Shown here: positions 1-13,495 of the stretch, one piece after another | Layout of the letters: every line of letters starts with the position of its first letter | How positions within the stretch are numbered: position 1 is the stretch's first letter | NCBI GenBank assembly: GCA_964016885.1 | Contig: OZ024742.1 | Coordinates: 187,922,001-187,986,000 of the forward strand | Reading direction: 5' to 3' | DNA from: Eledone cirrhosa | Taxonomy: Eukaryota | DNA length: 64,000 bases | Program-made: the position numbers and the translations under genes | Notes under the pieces: model-generated | What the model was told of the DNA's origin: nothing | What the model saw: only the letters and a program-made list of their open reading frames with translations | Databases searched by the model: none

Positions 1-97
1 ATAATTCTGATGGGGAGGTCGCACTAGGGTCAATTTTTAAATGAACCACCACCCCGCCCCATATTGTTGGTCGCGTGCCTAAACCAGAAACAATTAT
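1..97 (+). mobile_element. 3' tail fragment of the dominant tRNA-derived SINE
   Basis: Ends ttgttggtcgcgtgcctaaaccagaaacaatta, like the tail of fuller copies (ttgctggccttgtgcctaaagtagaaacaattat at ~23576-23610). Confidence 0.55.
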
Positions 98-693
98 ATA
101 GAAATAGCAATTAATGGAAGAAAATTAAAACATTTAATACAAATTAACATGGCCGAATATATTTTTCTTGTACGTCATTAGAGTAATATATAAACTTTTT
201 ATGTAAATGCATTAGTTAGTTGAAATCATATGAAAACAACGTCAAGCCTAAAGGTCATTGAAAGTTAAATCTGGAAAGAGCTTTTAGAATAAGAGTTATT
301 TGGGTTATCTGTGAAACCATTTGTTGTTCAGTCCAGCCACTTAGAAAAACAGCCTGTTTGGACAAGGTACAGCCATCTTTTACGATTATATCCTGTGGAA
401 CAAATGTAAATCAGTTGAAAATTTAGTAAAAGCCATGCTGTTTAAGTGCTTCTTTTACGTTACATATTATACACAGATTTCGAAATATGTGTATATCCTT
501 CCGAACATGTTAGAATGTTGAGTAGTTTTAATATATCTGTAGATAAAAGTGTCTATATACTGTGTCTTACATAGTGAAATATCGACCAATAGGATGTCAG
601 CATTACATGTAAATGCTTGATTTATTGTGGTTTGATGTTTCCATGCTACTATGTTCCAATCTTGTTAAAACTAAATCTGTTTTCGATTAAGAG

Positions 694-694
694 G

Positions 695-751
<57 letters not shown>
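694..751. repeat. (AT)n microsatellite
   Basis: Direct reading. Confidence 0.95.
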
Positions 752-754
<3 letters not shown>

Positions 755-2074
755 GCTTAGCATGACCTAATGGTTTAATAAGCTCGCCTCACAATCATTA
801 GTACCTGACTTCGATCACCAATACGTGGTATTTTCAGGGAGTGAATTTTACCATAGCCTTCAGTGGACTCAATCGATGTAAGTGGAAGTACTTTTGAATG
901 TAGCATGGAAATACTTTGTAAAGCGGTGTGGTCGCACATTGGTAAGCGGTGTGGAGGTACTTCGGAAAGCGGTATGGAGGTACTGTTGGCAGGAGGTATG
1001 GAAAAACTTTGGAAGGACAACCTTACTGATTCGAAACTCCAACTTTGTTATATATTGTGTCATGCTGATTCGACTTAAGGGAACACGTGTCTGTCGAGTG
1101 CTCGACGTTGATCCACACGGCTGGCTTATCGCTGATACCAACATAGCCGATCCCTCATGCCATCTTACCTGATATTAAAGGGATAAAATATATCATATTA
1201 ATTAGATTTTGCATTATATTTAACGTCTGACTTTATAACAGAACGCTTTAAGAAATGTTTAATGAACTAATAGGAAGGATCCATACCTATTTCGACAACG
1301 GGTGTTCCATGTCTTTTATCAGCCTACTCCTATGATTAATGTGCAAGTGTCTTCAAATTCCAAAGACACGTGTGTTTTTCATAGAATCAGCTGGGCCACA
1401 TATGTCAAAAGGCTAGTGATTTTTTTATTTCCGACACATTCGATCGAATGACCTTCCTATTAGTTTTTGCCCCCTCAATTGCAATCAGAATGCCTGGATC
1501 GACTCGAAGTTATAGTAAATGAAGTTGCACAAGATGACATGCAGTGGAATTGAACTCGGGATCCCATGATTGCGAGGCGAGCTTATAAACCAACTAAAAA
1601 TGTTGTGTCCTCAATGAATTATTACGATAGTATGTTTCATTATTTCCAATAAAATATGGGCACTCATTTGAAAGTCCAGCCGACTAACAGAAAACCGTTG
1701 TCACAATAAATCTTCATTAAATATATTAATTCACAAATCAGTTTCTCAACCGCAAAGAGTTTTAAGCTGTCAATTAAGAAATCTAATTATGTTTGTAAGA
1801 GGCAATACATTGTTTCAGTAATTAGAGCGTTTAATTAAAGTGTTTACTATTTGCTTTCGCTCTTTCTGCGTTCAAATCACGCCATTATAAATCGAGGCTG
1901 TCTTCTTTTTAGAGTAGATAAAGTAACAGTGTGGACCGAGCTATTTGCGGAAATGCTAACGTGTCTGACATGATTCCTTGCAGTAACTTTTGTGACTCTC
2001 TACGCTTCAAATTCTAAATACTCGCCAAGATCAACTTTACCTTTTATCCCTTCGGTGCGCAACAAATTAAGTAC

Positions 2075-3996
2075 CTGTTCAGAGGCATTTGATTTGCGGA
2101 AACGTTCAAATGTCATGGTGTTTTGTTTCAGTATTCGTTCCAGCTTAGAGAATTCTGACATGGAACTCAACTTCTTTTTACAGGGTGACACTTCTGTCAG
2201 ATATTGTGACCGACGGATAGTATTAGCAATGTGAAGAGCAATGGAAACATAGTTTCATTGGTCTCATCTGACGATCAACTAAATATTTTTTTTATTAAAA
2301 ATACGCTGTTGATAGTTCAATATAGATCAATAAAATGTTCTTTTTCATAATCAAATTTCTTTATTGTATCAATTCGAAATGTTAATGAACATTTAAAATA
2401 ATCATTTTATAGGATATTAAATTTGATGTTCGTTTCGATAACACGGAATAGAATTTACATGATATCAATTGAGATGTTATTTAACAGAAACTACATTATC
2501 TTGGAGAAACGGATAGTAATGAAGAAAGCGATGTTATCAAATAACAATTCAGTTGAGGGTAAAATTAGTGTAAATTCCATCTTTGTTGGAATTGATTATT
2601 AATATGACAGGCAATAAATGATTGGAAATATCCCAGTTGTCGCAGTCTTTCACGTCTGTTGCCATATTTATGAGGATTATAACTACGACAGAGAGCGGTG
2701 GATTGCAGACGCGTTAGATCGTCGGATGAATGCTTTGCAGAACTTGTTCCAGGGCTTTAGCTTCTGAGTTCAAATCCCACACTGTGCAACACACGTGTCT
2801 AAATTAGAAACTGTAATTAATATAACAGCTCATCAGTTGCGGAAAATATATGATTATTATAATCACTGGTGGCAACTAAGTATTTCACATGCGCTGCTAT
2901 AGATAACAATATTAATAACATGATAGGGAAGAGTTGTTATAACATCTGTATTGAATTCAGATAGTGTAACGTTAAAGTAATTCTCCAGGATATTTAACGA
3001 AGGACAGCCTGTGGGACAAAATTGGATTTTTGATTTAAATGTATTCATTTTCATATAGGTTTTTGTGTACCTAGCTTCACCCAAAACACGTTCTATATCG
3101 ACCCGAGGATATGGTGGCAATATGGTTGCATTATATACCCCGTAGGGAGTCCGAACATGAGCGAGCATTATACGAATAGTACTAGTGTAATCATCTCACT
3201 CCTATTAGTAAAGTTGAAACTACATATACAGGGTGGGTCAGAATTCATGACGCACTAGATTATTTATATATCTATTAACACAAAATGTTATAAAACACCT
3301 GATAAACGTCTTGGTGATTTGTATTTTTGTGGAGAATTGTCAAACTCAGTTCTCAAGCATTCTTCATTTTCAATTGTTCCAGCAGATCTTGGTCGTCCTG
3401 GTGTTTTGGGGTCCATTACACGACCTGTTTCATAAAATAACTTATTAATCCTAGCAACAGTCTTTTCCGTAGGTGCCGGTGGCCCATAAGATGCTTCCAT
3501 TACTCTGCAGGCTTCAGTGATGTTGTCTGTTTTAGCAAACAATCTCTCACATTGAACACATGTTTCCAACCTTAGCAAAGGATGTGCCTTGATTAATCAA
3601 ATTTAGAAAAAAATATATAAAAAACCTTTGAGGCATATTAAGAAATAAAAATATAAATTAAGAAACCTGCTAAGCATATTAAGAAATAAAATAATAAATT
3701 AAGACAATACAATAACAATAACATAAGCATTTTAAGAAATATAAGTAAGAGGCGTTTATGAATTCTGGCCCACTCTGTACAATGCTCTCGCTGAAATTAT
3801 GATGCAGGAGAACTGAACGCGAAATCACAGAGTTGCGAAGCAAACCTCCTAACCATTCAGATACACATGCCCGTTTCATTAACACCAATGCATTTTGTTA
3901 TTACTATCACAATCATTTCTTTCCTTCTTCAAATTAGAAAGTAATGAGTGCATCGCTGGAATATGGTGCGGCTGACTTATCAGATGAAACATACAT
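2075..3996 (-). pseudogene. Possible decayed cadherin-like membrane-protein gene, interrupted by a mariner and SINEs
   Basis: Minus-strand peptides in order: MYVSSDKSAAPYSSDALITF (3937-3996, like AxDxGxPxLSS); ORF 2863-3168 with RVDIERV and YFNVTLSE; NDYFKCSLTFRIDTIKKFDYEKEHFIDLY (2320-2406, like LDYE); hydrophobic MFPLLFTLLILSVGH (~2205-2250); then basic CKKK. Many stops and frameshifts. Motif matches are loose. Confidence 0.3.
3229..3777 (-). mobile_element. Internally deleted Tc1/mariner transposon
   Basis: TIRs cagggtgggtcagaattcat / atgaattctggcccactctg flanked by TA. ORF 3288-3578 (-) encodes the transposase N-terminal HTH region (LFYETGRVMDPKTPGRPRS). The catalytic domain is absent. 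Confidence 0.88.
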
Positions 3997-4728
3997 CAAT
4001 TATGATTAGAGTAAGATCATGAGGTGATAATTATAGGAGTTTATATCTTAAAATATCTAATTGAAGTCACTGTAGTTTCTGATGTTTTAGATGTATTTAT
4101 AAAGAGAGAGAATTCACACATCATCTCTCTCTCTCGCTCGCCCTCGTCTTTACACATTTATATATATATATATATATATATAGTTGTGTATAATGGTAGC
4201 TATGGTGCATCCATAAGCGGTATGCCAAAATTACCACTCGATATTCACCAGAGTAGAGTGTAGATAGTATGAAGAAAAGGAAAATTCAGTGGTGCATCTG
4301 GACTTAATTTATTGCGTGTTACAATTGTTTCGCCGGCAGATAGCTCGAGACATGGTCCTTGTATGGATCTGGGTGATTTTACTTCTGCAGGTTATTTCAG
4401 ACACGGGTATTTCGTTTGGAGCAAATTTTATCAATGGGGTGTTATCATCAAAAAACATCCTCAAAAAACCCTACTTCCACTCTTGTCCTGCACCTCATAC
4501 TACATGTGTGTAGTATATCACATGGACACACGCACCTTCCCCTGTACCGCCCCCTTGTTTTTTTTATTTTACACGTTTTTTATTTTTTATTTTATCCCCT
4601 TTTTTCTACTATCCAGTTACATACAGATTTTAATGTACCCTAAAATATTGTAAATTTATGTATTTATTTTGCTTTATTACAATATTGTGTTTATATTCGT
4701 GTGTTTTTATGTGTGGACCTGTGCGTAG

Positions 4729-4813
<85 letters not shown>

Positions 4814-4861
4814 TATAGATAGGTAAATATACACGGGTGTGTATGATTGTGTATAGAAGAT

Positions 4862-5240
4862 TATATTAATAAGAGGAATTCCAACTTTGTCTGATTTACA
4901 CGTTTTATTTACAATCCTTTAAAATATATAATGGTATTATAATGAAATAGTATGATAGAATATTAAATTCTAAGTGTTAATTGAACAAGTACTTTCATGC
5001 TTTCGCAATCTTCAGGTTCATAATATGTGGTGACAGTCGAGTTTGCAAATTTCAACAGTTGAAAATTGCAAACTCGACTGTCACCACATATTATGAACCT
5101 GAAGATTGCGAAAGCATGAAAGTACTTGTTCAATTCACACTTAGAATTTAATATTCTATCATACTATTTCATTATAATACCATTATATATTTTAAAGGAT
5201 TGTAAATAAAACGAGTAAATCAAAGTTGGAATTCCTCTTA

Positions 5241-5248
<8 letters not shown>
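4862..5248. repeat. Near-perfect ~390 bp palindrome centred at 5057 (PLE inverted-pLTR type)
   Basis: Arms are reverse complements with a 1-nt centre (ttcaac-a-gttgaa), a few substitutions and one 4-nt indel. The right end runs into (AT)n. Confidence 0.95.
5094..5132 (+). ncRNA. Minimal type I hammerhead ribozyme (mirror copy on - strand at 4982-5020)
   Basis: tgaac-CTGAAGA-t-tgc-gaaa-gca-t-GAAA-gtac-tt-gttca. Stem I is tgaac/gttca, the core is intact, and stem III is palindromic (agtact). Confidence 0.85.
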
Positions 5249-5272
<24 letters not shown>

Positions 5273-5386
5273 CGTGGATGTGTGCGGGTGTGTGTATATG
5301 GGCATGTGTGCGTGTGTGCATGAGATTATATGCGCGTGTATGTGCAGACATGTGCATATATGTACATATGTGACAGAATGTGTGTG

Positions 5387-5422
<36 letters not shown>

Positions 5423-6054
5423 TATGTGTATATATGAATAAATATATGTATGTATGTCTATATATGTGTGCGTATGAGCGTATAGCCACGTATGAGTAGG
5501 TGTGTGGTTGGGTGAGTAAGTGTGTATATATATGTATATGAGTATATATATATATGCGCGGGTGCGGGGGTATGCATATGTGGGCCTGTCTATGTGTGTA
5601 TGTGTATTTGTGCATACATGTAGGTGTTTATGTGCATCTCACAGCATTGTATGCGGATGATTATATATGGAGTATATATGCTTTTTATTATTACTATTAT
5701 TCTTGTTGTATTATTTTATCACATATCCTTTGTATATATCCGTATATGTATGTATGAATCTGTTTACATGTGTGTATGTGTATCTATATGTATATATATA
5801 TGGGGATAAATATATATATATATATATCATATTGTATATTTTATTTTTATATATTATATTTTATGTTACAGTAATTTACCGTTAGTTTATGGTATATTGT
5901 TTTATTGTATAATGTATTTTTAACTTTTAATTTACCGTTTTGTTTTTATTTGTATATGTGGAAGCACATGTGTGTGTAGGCAAATATGCATATGTGCAGG
6001 TATATGCATGTGGCAGCACGTGTGCGTGTGCGTATGCATTTAGGTTGTTGTTTC

Positions 6055-6113
<59 letters not shown>

Positions 6114-6275
6114 ATGTACGTGTGTATGTAATGTTTGTGTATGTATGCATATTTTGTATGTATGTGTGGGCATGTGTAAGTATATATATATATATATATA
6201 TGTCTATGTATGTATGTATGTGTGTATATATATATATATATACACATACATACATATGTACATATATTTATATAC

Positions 6276-6330
<55 letters not shown>

Positions 6331-7100
6331 TGTGTATATTTATGTATATGTATGTATGTGTGTATGAGTGTGTATATATATATATATAAATGTATATAAG
6401 GTTGGGCGTATGTATGTGTGCGCGCGTATGTATGTATATATGTGTACGTTTGAGTAGGCCATGCTTATCCCACCGGATACATGGGGCGAATTAAGTATCC
6501 GTCATAAGCCTTGTGGCGATATGTATCTACAAGTGGGTGTAACTGGGTCCGTGGAAGTAAGAGAGAGAGAGTGTGTGTGTATATATACATATATGTATAT
6601 GGGGGTGTGTGTCTCTGCGCATGTAGGTGTACGTGTGTGTATGCATAAATATGTCGGTGTCTGCATGTGTGTGTGTGTATGTGTCTGTATATTAGTATGT
6701 GTGAGTGTTTACTCTGAAGTGTGAACTGACGTGTGAGATGCTGAACCCAGCATGATTCCATCGAAATGTGTCGGACGGAAAATGGCTGATGACCCGTGAG
6801 ACAGTAAATACTGACCAGAACTTGTGATGACGTGGAGTAAAAACAGCCAATGACATAACAAGAGTTGAAGTAGGGTTTTTGAGGCTGTTTTTTATGATAA
6901 CACCCCAGGGATAAAATTTGCTCCAAACGAAATAGCCGTATCTGAAAGAACCTGCAGAAGTAGAATCAGCCAGATCCATACAAGGTCTATGTCTCGAGCT
7001 ACCTGCCGGCGAAACAATTGTAACACGCAATAAATTAAGTACAGATGCATCACTGATTTTTCGTTTTCTTCATGCTATCTATAGATATATATATAGAGAG

Positions 7101-7529
7101 AGAATTAACAAGAATCAAAAGCTATGTTCAAAGCATTATTCACTTACAATTGTGTCATCCAAAGCTAGGCTTGGAGTCTTCGGAGCATTTTTCAATGCTT
7201 GTAAACATAATTGACCTCCTTTCCAACGCAAGAGACATACAGATATATATATATATTGATGTACAGTGGAGTGACATATATTATAATATATTATTACTGT
7301 ATAGCAATTGAATTTGAATTGCTATACAGTAATAATATAGTATAATATATGTCACTCCACTGTACATCAATATATATATATATGTATCTGTATGTCTCTT
7401 GCGTTGGAAAGGAGGTCAATTATGTGTAGAAACATTGAAAAATGCTCCGAAGACCTCAAGCCTAGGTATGGTTGAAACAATTGTAAGTGAATAAATGCTT
7501 TGAACATAGCTTTGATTCTTGTGAATTCT
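7101..7529. repeat. ~430 bp diverged palindrome centred near 7313 with a degenerate hammerhead
   Basis: Arms are reverse complements. The right arm has ccgaaga...gaaacaattgta (7447-7485), then aataaa. The left arm has tcttcgg. Confidence 0.9.
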
Positions 7530-7687
7530 ATATAACTGCTCTGTAGAACAATTGATGTTATTACATTGAGCTATTTACTGGTAATAAGGTAGTAATAAAT
7601 TACTGACCTTCACTGTTTACGGTTTAAAATATACATAACTATAAAAAGTGTTAGTATATACATAACCATAAATAGTATCCTTAATAT

Positions 7688-7721
<34 letters not shown>

Positions 7722-7725
7722 TGAT

Positions 7726-7941
7726 TAGTAATAATAATACATTTGAAGACTAAAATTCAAAGAGGGCTCGATAAGGATAAATAAATATCAAATAAATAAG
7801 AACCATAGAGCAAATATTTATTAAAATAACAGATTAAAGTTTAAGCAAAGAATCGGTGGTTTCACCCTTAACGGGATCCTCTGAAGATCCCGTTAAGGGT
7901 GAAAGCAGCGATTCTTTGCTTAAACTTTAATCTGTTATTTT

Positions 7942-7943
<2 letters not shown>
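7726..7943 (-). mobile_element. PLE 3' end with fold-back (palindrome 7821-7943) between two (AT)n tracts
   Basis: Palindrome centred near 7882. Plus-strand core CTGAAGA-t-ccc-gttaa-ggg-t-GAAA at 7881-7904. 7726-7878 closely matches 63222-63377. Confidence 0.85.
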
Positions 7944-8022
<79 letters not shown>

Positions 8023-8023
8023 G

Positions 8024-9347
<1,324 letters not shown>

Positions 9348-9412
9348 TTATACTTTCACTCGTGTACGACACCTCGGTTATTTTTATTTTGTAAAAAACC
9401 TCACTTTCTAAT

Positions 9413-9429
<17 letters not shown>

Positions 9430-9443
<14 letters not shown>

Positions 9444-9573
9444 GTGTTTTTATATCTGTGTTTTTTAAATTCTTATTTTTATGTGTGTGCATGTAAGCGT
9501 GTCAATGTACGTGAATATGTATGTGTGTATGTGTGTATATATGCATTGTATGTATGGGTGTGTATGTATAGGC

Positions 9574-9623
<50 letters not shown>

Positions 9624-10450
9624 TCGCGTGCGTACGTGGGATTAGATATACATGGGGCGATATGTATGTATATATATATACGTGCATCCTGTGTATGTAT
9701 GTACACATGCATACGCTTTTGTCTGTACGTATTGCGTGTATATATATTTTTTTTATAGATATATGTGTATGTACGCGTGTACCTTGTTTGTTTTCTTTTC
9801 TTTTCTTTTCTTTTCTATTCGCTAGTGTTAATTGACTACTATCTTTCATTTAACAATTGTTTCTTTCTCATATATTGTTTCATGTTTATACATATATCGA
9901 GAATGACACTTTCTTTTAACTATTACACTCCCTTCCCTCTTTATCTTCCGCATATAAGTGATCGCGCGTGTGTGTGTGTTTATACGCGTGCTTTCATATT
10001 CATATGTGTATCTAATACCTGTTTTCTGGATACGTGTCAACTAGATTATCATTTTCTTTTTCAACTCATATTATATCCGTATTTGTGGTTACATATACAC
10101 AAATATACTTGCCCTCATATATGTACTTACGCACACATTTTCACCATACACACATATTTGTACATACATACATATGTACGTTTGTGAGTGTATATACATA
10201 TATATACACACACCTAACTATATTTCCTATAATTTTTTATATATTTTATAAATCTATTGCATTACTTTTATTTATATATATATATATTTTTTGCATTTCT
10301 TGAGGAGACTTTACAAATATTTCACAATGTTTTATATTGCCTTGTCCGACGAACGAATAAGGACGTTTCTTTCGTATTCGTCTTATTCGGGAAACCTCTG
10401 GTAATGAGGTAATTATATTGTATTGTTTATTATACATTATATATATAAAA
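9430..10450 (+). mobile_element. PLE 3' UTR copy of the same family as 33290-35176
   Basis: Colinear with the reverse complement of ~33290-34400 (anchors ttgccctcatatatgtacttacgcacaca; tatacgcgtgc). Ends in a hammerhead-like segment at ~10337-10413 whose core reads ccgacga. Confidence 0.8.
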
Positions 10451-10533
10451 GCTTTTCTATATTAAACATTTATACTCTGATATGTATTGAGTACCTTACT
10501 TACTGTGGTTACCCCCGATTGAACCCGGAATAA

Positions 10534-10534
<1 letters not shown>

Positions 10535-10624
<90 letters not shown>

Positions 10625-10836
10625 TATAAGGTAAACAGAAATAACAACACAATCAGTACATGGAAGGAAGATATTAGTTTAACGCTTGAAATATCAGGAA
10701 CAGGGTCTTAACGTTTCAGACGCTACTCTTTCATCAACAGAAAGATTGAGAAATAATTTTGATTGAGGGGATGGGTGGGCTGCAATTGGAAACAAATGTC
10801 TTTAGATAACAATAACAGGTCAATTGATGTTGATAT

Positions 10837-10923
<87 letters not shown>
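10535..10923. repeat. (AT)n tract 10535-10628 and (GA)n tract 10847-10923 enclosing a short PLE-like end
   Basis: Direct reading. The minus strand at ~10705-10740 has ttgatga-aaga-gtagcg-tct-gaaacgtta (degenerate hammerhead). Confidence 0.8.
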
Positions 10924-10928
<5 letters not shown>

Positions 10929-11057
10929 TTAACATTTTGCTGGGGTGACGAATGAATTTAGTTCAACCAAGGGTAGACTGAATACTCAATAGTACATCCA
11001 GCATATCCCTAACTTTAAATGTTTAGAGAATGTATAGGGCTGTGGAAAAATATCCAA

Positions 11058-11440
11058 CTTTAGGGTCCGAAATAATAATTGGGGTGTGGTGGAATAAGTG
11101 GTGGTGATTCGAAAATCGGTAATTTTACTAGGTTGTCTCCGTTTATATTTTTTTACAAACCAGAATTAGTCATTTAGTTCACATATTAAGACCCCAACCC
11201 CATATATTTTACAAAGCATGGGATGACTAGTAATGTACTTGTTTTATCATGTATGTTTTTTCTATGTTTAAAGAAAATTATTTGTCGTACGAATGCTACC
11301 ACTTAAAATAAAAGTTCACCCAAGATAGATAAGCAAAATTTAATATGCGTGGGGAAATAAGAGCAGGTGTGTGGGGAGTGCAAATAATCGAAAAAATTAA
11401 TAATTGGGAGGATAGGGGACGGTCTTTCGAGACCCGATAG
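11058..11440. mobile_element. MITE (Tc1/mariner-pogo type), same family as 59015-59360
   Basis: Reverse-complement anchors shared with the 59 kb copy: gaatgctaccacttaaaataaaa and tttagttcacatattaagacccc. The right end gacccgatag-ta matches the TIR ta-ctctcgggtc. Confidence 0.7.
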
Positions 11441-11584
11441 TAATCAAATTTCTATGATTCTTTAGATTGCATTGAAGCCAAAAAATACATAACTTAATAT
11501 ACGGAATAATACACAAACACACATACACACACACCATATCACATACATAGACACGACACTAAGAAACTCTTTATTCTGTTTCGA

Positions 11585-12255
11585 CGGTGAGTATTCCAGA
11601 ATATTAATCAACAGAACGGCCATTCCATGATATTAATGTGCAATCGGCTATACTCCAGACCTGTAGAAGGATGGGTTCCGCGAGGATTAAAAAATGCCCT
11701 AGAAACGCCGTACGTCAATGCGTGCCTCTACGACTCTTTCGGGATTTTATGGGATTATACATACATACTACAAACGTGTATGCCCTAATAGAGTTCTCAG
11801 GAAAATTCAGTATGTCAGAAGGGGCTGAAAGTTATCCCTTTGAATTACTGATACAGTCTCTCCTTGTATTATGTTAAATGTGGCTGAGTATTCCACAGAC
11901 ACATGTACTTTTAACGAAATCACCAGTTTGTGCCAAGGCTATCTCTTTGCTTTAGAGATACATTTCATCTTGTATAAACCTGTACGTGGTTGAGTATTCC
12001 ATGACACGAGTACGTTTACGATTAACTTAATCCTCAGGATATTTCAGCATGATACAGTGTGACAAGGGTAGCGCTTTGAATCACATAATTAATTCAGTGA
12101 CGGGATTCGAAATAGCTTTCATCCAAACTATTCCCTTCACAAGCTCGATGTTAAACTATGGTAAATGGAACTTACCTAAGGTACCACAGATTAAACCCAA
12201 ATCCGGGACCTCATGATTGCTGAGCACACCTCTTAGCAATTCCGCTATACTGCGT
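11585..12255 (-). mobile_element. Cluster of fragments of a second SINE-like repeat
   Basis: Motif gtggctgagtattccacagacac and variants at ~11587, 11880, 11986 and 44778, with related downstream segments. A tRNA-like head on - lies at ~12170-12255. Confidence 0.5.
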
Positions 12256-12599
12256 TCACATCAAATATCTGTGGTATTATTTTCACTACAGTGCCTACTA
12301 TTACAATATCATTTATATTATTTGTCTTTTTGCTCTGCTGAATTAACTGTGAAGTAATTTAAATCATACTAACGTTACAATCTCTAATATATTTCTTTTG
12401 TAGTCCTACACCTTTAACACAGTGGGATATAATGATATGAGCACTAATTATCGATGTTCAAATAGAATAGTTTATGCTTTTTCTCTCTCTGTTTTATTTT
12501 AAATTATCTATATTTGTTTCAAAGAATAAATGTGTTTTCTAACAGTCTTTGTACGTCGGATCTATTATATCGTTTCTTTTACATTCGAGATAGTTTTAT

Positions 12600-13495
12600 A
12601 TATTTGTCGCTGCACTAAAGGGTAAAGATCAACATCCACCGAACAAGTCAACTATAAATACACATTGGTTATTATGATCACACATTTATTTGACTTCGAT
12701 ATTATCTTTTCTAGATAATAATCCAATATTCTAGAGTTCGAAATATTCCATTGAAATCACTCATAAAAAGCTTTAATTATCAGAAACTATACTTCAAATA
12801 TTATAGAATTTTCAATAATTATCTCGTATATTTATTGATTGGAGAATTTTATAGTTTTATGTATTGGTTACGTGAATCTCTGAATAGCAACAGACAACAT
12901 GCTCAGCTTTAAAACAAATGTTCACACCCCACTATTTTCTATTCAGTGACTTTACTATCTCATTTAAGCTGAAGCGTATTTATGTACGTATGTGATTGAG
13001 GGTATGAGTGTTCATAAGTTTGTGTATATACGTAGGTGTTTGGTTGAAGGCTATTCAGTCATGACCGAGATAGACAACATAAAAAAGATGGTGTTTTCGA
13101 CACTGATGTTTAGAACTACAGACTGTGATATTTTTTCAGCAAACTTTACAAACTTGCATATGTGTACATTAGTAACAATAAGTGTATTCTGATGTATGAC
13201 ACTGTGTCTTTTTAATTAACCAATGGATTTATATACAGTTACATCTTTTGTCGTGAAGTGACTGCTTCAGATATGACTCTAAACATGTGCGTTCTCAAGC
13301 AGCTCGCTTAAATTCTGCTTGAGTATACGAAAGTTTACAAATGACATCTGCACCATCCGTTTATTTCCATTATTGGTAATAAAAGCAATAACAAACATCT
13401 ATTTCATAACTATCTGGAATAAATCGAATGTCTTGATTGGTAGCAAGCTGTTGTAAAGACAGCAATACACAAACAAGAACTAGATGCCACAGCAT
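12600..13495 (-). pseudogene. Possible decayed secreted/receptor gene with TIR-like remnants
   Basis: ATG at 13495 starts MLWHLVLVCVLLSLQQLATNQ (signal-peptide-like), then VCYC...DVIC with stops. Downstream HVVCCYSE (~12877-12900) and ILDYYLEKIISKSNKCVIIITNVYL (~12655-12730) loosely resemble TIR strands. Heavily disrupted. Confidence 0.2.

Larger units (their letters stand above)
4262..7082 (+). mobile_element. PLE-like non-coding element bounded by ~220 bp diverged inverted copies (4262-4487 and 6857-7082)
   Basis: 4262-4487 is the diverged reverse complement of 6857-7082 (e.g. ttacaattgtttcgccggcag / ctgccggcgaaacaattgtaa; tttcgtttggagcaaattttatc / gataaaatttgctccaaacgaaa). The + copy has gaaacaattgta, then aataaa, and ends at (AT)n. 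Confidence 0.7.

Noticed and set aside
863-1172. Overlapping ORFs in a GC-richer patch with repeated aagcggt(g/a)tgg motifs
   Set aside because: No domain was recognised; probably an unclassified repeat remnant.
2000-2080. C-terminal part of ORF 2000-2191 (EGIKGKVDLGE)
   Set aside because: It is the reverse strand of a SINE core, not protein sequence.
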